From Phoronis australis (lineage: Eukaryota > Animalia > Phoronida): a stretch of 64,000 nt of DNA. Below, in pieces: positions 59,101-64,000 of this stretch. The stretch is taken from contig NMRA01000207.1 of assembly GCA_002633005.1 (NCBI GenBank), forward strand, positions 55,408 through 119,407, in the 5' to 3' direction. The notes beneath the pieces were generated by a model. It ran no database searches. It had not been told where the DNA came from and saw only the letters and a list, made by a program, of their open reading frames with translations. Positions within the stretch are counted from its first letter, which is position 1; each line of letters starts with the position of its first letter. The translations under genes and the position numbers were made by a program.

Positions 59101-62100
59101 TTTCTTCATAAAAGATAAGTAGCACCAAATTAGTTCTTCATCATTTAATATTATTTATGCAACGTAGCCACCATTAGATAATATTTTGAGAAGTTCTGAG
59201 CATTTAGTACAATGTTAAAAGCTTTTGAATTTGAAAAGTGGCGAGTTTTTGTCTGAAAGTGGTGAGATTTTATTGTACCTATGGTGTCAATCTTTTCAGT
59301 TCATGGACTGCAATCACCACCACCGAGCTGCGTAATTGATGCTGATGTCAAACTAAAGAAGATAAATCCCAGTTCTGCTTATGTTTTGCTTGTCGAAGGA
59401 GGAAGGTCTCTTTTAGATAAAAACTACACTGTGGCAAAACAAAGGCTTGTGGAAGGTTGGTGAATTGTAGTGTTCTATGTCACTTGAAATGTCTGGCTGT
59501 AGTCGTAATGTGAAACTGCCCAAAAATGTTGACGAATACCAGAAATTGTTTTCATTGGGATCCACTGAATACTATTTTTTCATGATTCAGATCTTAGGAA
59601 AAGATAACAAAGTTGTTTCTTCTTGCTTAGAGATGACAACACTATGTATTTTCAAACTCTGCAGTGCAGACTCTTATGACATTGACATGTTTCACAGAAC
59701 AAGTGTGTTTCATTCCACCACTGCACCCTACATTCAAATTTAATACAATTTCTACTGTAGAAAACATAGAAACAGTTATTGTGTTATTGTCCTCTGCGGG
59801 ACATCAGCTGTATCAAAACTTCTCAGTGACTCTACTGAAGTTGCTCAGCTGGTTTGTTGGATGCTAGAGTTCAATTAAATCTGCAATTTGAGTGGACTGT
59901 GACATCTATAAACTTCACACTCTACACAATCACCACACTAGTAATTTTCAGTAAAACCTTTTTCTGGTGCTTGTTTTTTAGACTTTTTTCTTAACATTTT
60001 CTGTGGGACGCATTTTAGACGTCTGTAAATGTCCCATCATTCGTAAAAGTCGATTAGAATACTTCTGCACAATTTTATTTGCCCATAATTTACCTAAAAG
60101 ATTTTTATAAGGCTTCACATCAGTTGTTTCTATTCGTATGAATGGTATGATATGATATAATGATTGGTAAGAATTCATATTGAATCCAATGTTGATCATC
60201 AGTTGTATTGATCTCTTACCACTGAGTAATGATAAATGATCAAAAGAGGTTTTCTTTGACCGATGAATGATATCAGACTGAATGATCCGGCTCGATATCA
60301 GCCTTGTGATGATTGATATCAAACTGATGATCATTCATGAGCCTAACATGAATTGATATCGACCAATTGTGTAGACTGTGATTATTTACACTTCAAGTAA
60401 AATTTGCGGAAAATCTGACTTTGAAATCTTAGTGGAACTTTGACGTGAATCTTTACCAAACGTTATCACTGTGGTAATCCTAATTCTCACCAAATATCCT
60501 GACATCAGGGTTGAAGACTGTTTCCACGGTAACGTCGGGATGGTACCTGCTGGAGCAAGCTTACTTGAAGATGTACCAGTATGATAGCGCTGTTGAGAGT
60601 ATCAAAACAGGTGAGGGAATGTCTTGAGCAAGTTATCTCCCTTGTAACTGATAGGTTTTTAGTCTATAAGGAAAATGAATTCTGCGTTTGAGCTTGATCT
60701 CTTTGTGTATAGTTTAACCTTTCGAAACCTTTGGGTGCAGTAAGTCATGAAAGACCTGGTGATAAAGTTGTTACCTTCCATCCAGCCTTCCAGTTTTTTG
60801 TTAAATGTTCCATGATTGTGTTTAGCTTATAACAGGACAGTAACTGAATATAACTAGGGCCTGTGACTACTAAGATTTGCTCAACACTCGATTAGAAAAT
60901 TGACCAATCACATTCTACATCTCTCATGACATATGGTTTCCAATTTCATGTGATTAATCGATTTTCGAGTCAAGTCTGGAGAAAACTTTGGTAGTCATTG
61001 GCTAAGGTATCAGCTGAGTCTGTCAATTCTACTTCATCAACTCGCCACGACTACCCTCTTAATTACACATAACGTTATGTTACAAGATCGCTCAAATACT
61101 CACTTTGTTTCAATACTCCATTACATACTTATCTTTTTTATTGTTGTTTAAAGGAATGAAGCTGGTGACAGAGGAAAAGGGATTTTGTACATTGAAAGGC
61201 AACCTTCTGTCTGACAAGCTGAAGGAGAGCTTGTTAGAAGCTTGGCTTGGGCAGAAGGTGTCTGCAGCTGCTGAGAAGGCCTTGAAATTGGTAGAGGGGG
61301 CGGAGTTTGAGCAAACTCTCAGTCAAAAAGTTCAGGTCAAAGCCAATCTGATTTTGAGTAGAGTGGAAGAAGCGCTTGAGCTTAGTGAGAAAATTGTGCA
61401 GGCCGAAAAATCTGCCGAAAATGTTGGTCTTCTATGCGAAGCTTATATATCTGTGGGCAGACTTCCAGATGCTGTAAAACTGCTTCATGAGGCTGTTTTG
61501 ATGGACGATGCAGATGGCAGGACATACTTCCTGTTGGGCAAGGCATTGTGGGATCTGAATGACGGCCAGTCTCGGGAAATGTGTTTTCAGTTTCTCCTGA
61601 CGTCTGCTAAGGTGGACCAATTCTATTTTGAAACGTTTCTTTATTTAGGATACTATTACGCAACATGTATCAACAATCTTGAAAAGGCAGTTAAGTGCTA
61701 TCAGAAAGCATTTGAATTGAATTCTACCAGCGATATTGTGGGTACTGTTCTCACTGATGGGCTGGTCGCACTTGGACACAATGAGGAGGCTACCAAATTG
61801 CTGCTAGGTGTCACTAGCTGTGCCAGTGCTGGTTGCGCCAAATGGGCGTGGCTAAGACTTGGCCTTCAACAACTCCGCGATCTTGATTACTCGAGCAGTA
61901 TCAAATCATTACTATGTGCTATCAGGGCTGATAAATGTGACTATCACTGTTTGGAAGCTGTAGGAGAGGCGTACATGCACCGCGGCAGTTACACGGCCGC
62001 CCTCAAGGTGTTCACGCGGGCGTCAGATCTCGACAACGATGCCATTTATCCCATGTTTCTAATCGCCACCATTAAACAGTTACTTGGTTCGAATGCTGAC

Positions 62101-64000
62101 GCATCAGCAGAATACAAAGAGGTCCTAAAGAAGTCACCTGACTACGTACCCGCGTTGAAAGGACTCGGAGAGTCGTACATCATGCTGGCAAAGAAGTCAT
62201 TGTTGGAATTTTTCGATGGCAAGGCCGTTAGTTACTGCGAGCAGGCGTGGTGTGCGCTCACTCGTGCAGCAACCCATCGTTCGAGTCTGAGTTGTCTGTG
62301 GAAGTTACTGGGCGACGCCTGTACGGTTCTACACTGTGTGTCTGATGACAAGGTGTTCAAGGTACCCGGGAAATTGTTGGATGCTAAGTCAGAGGTTGGA
62401 CAGTATAGAGAGCTGGGGAAGGTAAGGTATTGGCCATGCCATTTAATTAAGGTTATATGAGATAGGGTCTTATTGCACTTTTAGTCACATATCTTCAAAA
62501 CTATAGCTGACAGAATTTAACTCTTAAAAAGCAATCTTATTTTGTTAGAGTAGAAAACTTGAAAAATATATTTTTTAGTTATTACCAATTTGATGTTCAT
62601 TTCAGATGTTAATGTGAGAGATGAAATCTCAAAAACACTGTTGCAATTATGTTTTTTAAATTAATGTAATTCATATCAGATTTCTTTCTTTTTCAATTTT
62701 TTGAGTTTGTTATGAAAATCTGATTTCTTCTTTTAGTGGAACTTTTTGAAAACTATTGAATGTTGCATCTTGTGGAAACTGTGGAATTTTGGAATTGATC
62801 TAAAGCTAGACTGTATGCTACAACAGTTACTTGTCTTGACTTCAGATGGAGCTTTTGTCTCTTGGTGCAAGATGTTATGGGACAGCCATCAAAATCCAGT
62901 CTGATTGCTCCAGCCTGTGGCATGACCTCGGGGTCAACTATTTTCGACAAGCCCAGCATACTCAGTGCACAGATTTAGCCAAGGAATGTGTGGATAAATC
63001 AATGAAGGCCCTGCGTAAGGCTCTGTCCATTGAATCTTCCAACCACAGGCACTGGAATGCTCTAGGTATGATAGGTCACGTGTTTACTTGTTAACAATTT
63101 GATGACATTTTTGGATGTTAAGTTGAATTGGCTTTTTGCCTGATCTAACTGTATTGGTTGGATTGTTATGTTCACAGGGCTTGACGCTTAGCGTAATGTC
63201 AACTCGACAAATTGAACCTGGCAAAATCCCAAGTTGCCAAGTGGCAAATGAGGTCTCCAAAACAACCAAACCATGTAAATGGGGTTACGTAAGTCCTGAT
63301 CCTACAAACGCGCATAGTTTGCAACAGTCCAAAATGAAGAAAACACGATTATCTGAATTGAAGGTTTGGCAAAGTGAGCAAATGTCCATGCCGGTAAACT
63401 GAGATTGAGCAGGCTGGTAATTCAAGGGAAAGTTCAAGCAGGGTATATTGTGTGCTCAGTAATGACCAAATTCCACCTCAAGCTAAACATATTAAGCTGG
63501 CTCACCTCCTATATGTATGGAAGGGAAAAGCAGACAATTGTGGTATGTTGTCTATGCATGAATTATTGCATGGTTTTGAATACAGCAGTTTTCAAGAGAA
63601 ACTAGCGTCAAAATACTGCCAGTTTAGTGGAGCCTTTGTAGCAATAAAGTAGTGTTTTTGTTAAACATTTCTCAGATAATTTGACGTTATTGCACCTAAC
63701 CACTTCTTGTTTATTTATGTAATGTACTTTTGCAGAATGTTGTCATCATTTCGACAACGTGCGTCACACCTGTTAAGATTTAGCCACAATTTATTGAAAC
63801 AGGTTGTAGTCGATTGGATGTTTGGTCGCAGTTTTGTTGGCCAAATCTTTGTTAAATTTTGCCATTGTCCAGTTTATTTTGAAAACTACAACAGTACTGA
63901 ACGTCAAATTAGAATGTAATTCTATCCAAAAGCTTAATATGTTTACTCATTGAAATTTAGTAATTCCTGTCAATCTTGCAGGTGTTGTAACATGTTCATC
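47087..64000 (+). CDS. SKIC3: Superkiller complex protein 3 (TPR protein 37, SKI complex), 5' part; gene continues past the window
   Basis: Exons 47087-47176, 52084-52227, 52703-52800, 53798-54002, 56655-56750, 58149-58263, 59300-59455, 60509-60610, 61154-62421, 62846-63065, 63982->64000; all phases compatible. [45 protein letters not shown]...AWQGL..FYEK and SAGCAKWAWLRLGL...GEAYMHRGSYTAALKVF...DYVPALKGLGE...SCLWKLLGDAC match TTC37/SKI3. Confidence 0.95.
47255..49006. mobile_element. Non-autonomous hAT-like DNA transposon (~1.75 kb) with 7-bp TSD, in SKIC3 intron 1
   Basis: ccagtgg|TAGGGTGAGCAAACC ... GGTTTGCTCACCCTA|ccagtgg; AT-rich interior with no transposase ORF. Confidence 0.8.
50977..51052. 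repeat. 14-bp GC-rich tandem repeat
   Basis: About 5 units of GCACCACCGTGCTG. Confidence 0.85.
52084..52227 (+). CDS. SKIC3: SKIC3/TTC37 exon 2
   Basis: [48 protein letters not shown]. Confidence 0.92.
52703..52800 (+). CDS. SKIC3: SKIC3/TTC37 exon 3
   Basis: GLTAFYEKRDVLTEDEKRELVKCYEKVMALFR, gtaaga donor. Confidence 0.9.
53363..53506. repeat. 35-bp minisatellite, 4 copies
   Basis: Unit CACAAAAGGTAATGTTACAGGCTTCACATTCAAAT. Confidence 0.92.
53798..54002 (+). CDS. SKIC3: SKIC3/TTC37 exon 4
   Basis: Inside ORF 53772-54032; phase 2 in, phase 0 out. Confidence 0.82.
54683..54861. mobile_element. ~180-bp MITE (copy of 20894-21062)
   Basis: AATTGACATATCGC ... GCGATAGGTCAATT TIRs. Confidence 0.75.
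55551..55627 (+). CDS. Start of a second, convergent ORF inside the Kolobok element (candidate KolX), runs into a gap
   Basis: Good start context (aaaATGG); Ser/Asp-rich MAGVGDPYHSDSSVSDGDLVHSSGD, open to the gap; position mirrors the THAP ORF. Identity is inferred from context only. Confidence 0.35.
56093..56346 (-). CDS. THAP zinc-finger domain (N-terminus of a Kolobok-type transposase), runs into a gap
   Basis: MPHCCCVPECTN...LHRFPMDDTLRRTW...RVCGKHF...YERDLYAELM: complete C2CH THAP signature with the conserved P, W and F residues; no stops. Confidence 0.85.
56655..56750 (+). CDS. SKIC3: SKIC3/TTC37 exon 5
   Basis: LEECCQFIVSSDVTSIKDLETYSRLYLDKLLK, gtaagt donor. Confidence 0.78.
58149..58263 (+). 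CDS. SKIC3: SKIC3/TTC37 exon 6
   Basis: ...PSFLYPLEV...; ttttcag and G|gtaagt. Confidence 0.82.
59300..59455 (+). CDS. SKIC3: SKIC3/TTC37 exon 7
   Basis: Inside ORF 59281-59463; phase 1/1. Confidence 0.82.
60509..60610 (+). CDS. SKIC3: SKIC3/TTC37 exon 8
   Basis: GLKTVSTVTSGWYLLEQAYLKMYQYDSAVESIKT, G|gtgagg. Confidence 0.82.
60855..61004. mobile_element. Small degenerate MITE-like inverted repeat
   Basis: TGACTAC.AAG.TTT.CTC...ACTCGA...TTGACCAATCAC is inverted as GTGATTAATCGA...TCGAGT...GAGAAAACTTTGGTAGTCA. Confidence 0.45.
61154..62421 (+). CDS. SKIC3: SKIC3/TTC37 exon 9 (large TPR-rich exon)
   Basis: Inside ORF 61105-62460; AAG|gtaagg donor. Confidence 0.93.
62846..63065 (+). CDS. SKIC3: SKIC3/TTC37 exon 10
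   Basis: MELLSLGARCYGTAIKIQSDCSSLWHDLGVNYFRQAQ...HWNALG. Confidence 0.9.

Overview
AT-rich metazoan (invertebrate-type) draft genomic DNA with GT-AG spliceosomal introns and four assembly gaps (single N at 16525; N runs at 18034-18044, 45523-46316, 55628-56092). By hand-splicing I can reconstruct five protein-coding genes: UBAP1 (ESCRT-I subunit, + strand, 3189-13191, with a candidate 12-nt microexon); a small single-ADF-H-domain coactosin-like gene (-, 17232-18970); a secreted angiopoietin-like fibrinogen-domain gene (-, 24940-29388); a REST-like multi-C2H2 zinc-finger gene (-, 34340-42606); and the 5' half of SKIC3/TTC37 (+, 47087 to beyond the window end), which is head-to-head with the zinc-finger gene. 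Introns and intergenic DNA carry many DNA-transposon relics: a Kolobok-type element (TTAA TSD, ~158-bp TIRs, intact THAP ORF start and a second convergent ORF start), a hAT-like element with a 7-bp CCnnnGG TSD, a CATG-ended MITE family with 5-bp TSDs, a ~635-bp foldback palindrome, other MITEs, tRNA-derived SINE-like pieces and minisatellites. The 1.4-kb tandem duplication at 15098-17924 looks like an assembly (haplotype overlap) artefact. I found no clearly new biological system. The most interesting leads are the Kolobok element, the UBAP1 microexon with UGC/Rbfox motifs, and intronic CTCF-like motifs that mostly point toward the nearest exon. All homology calls are from memory and by eye; no searches were run.
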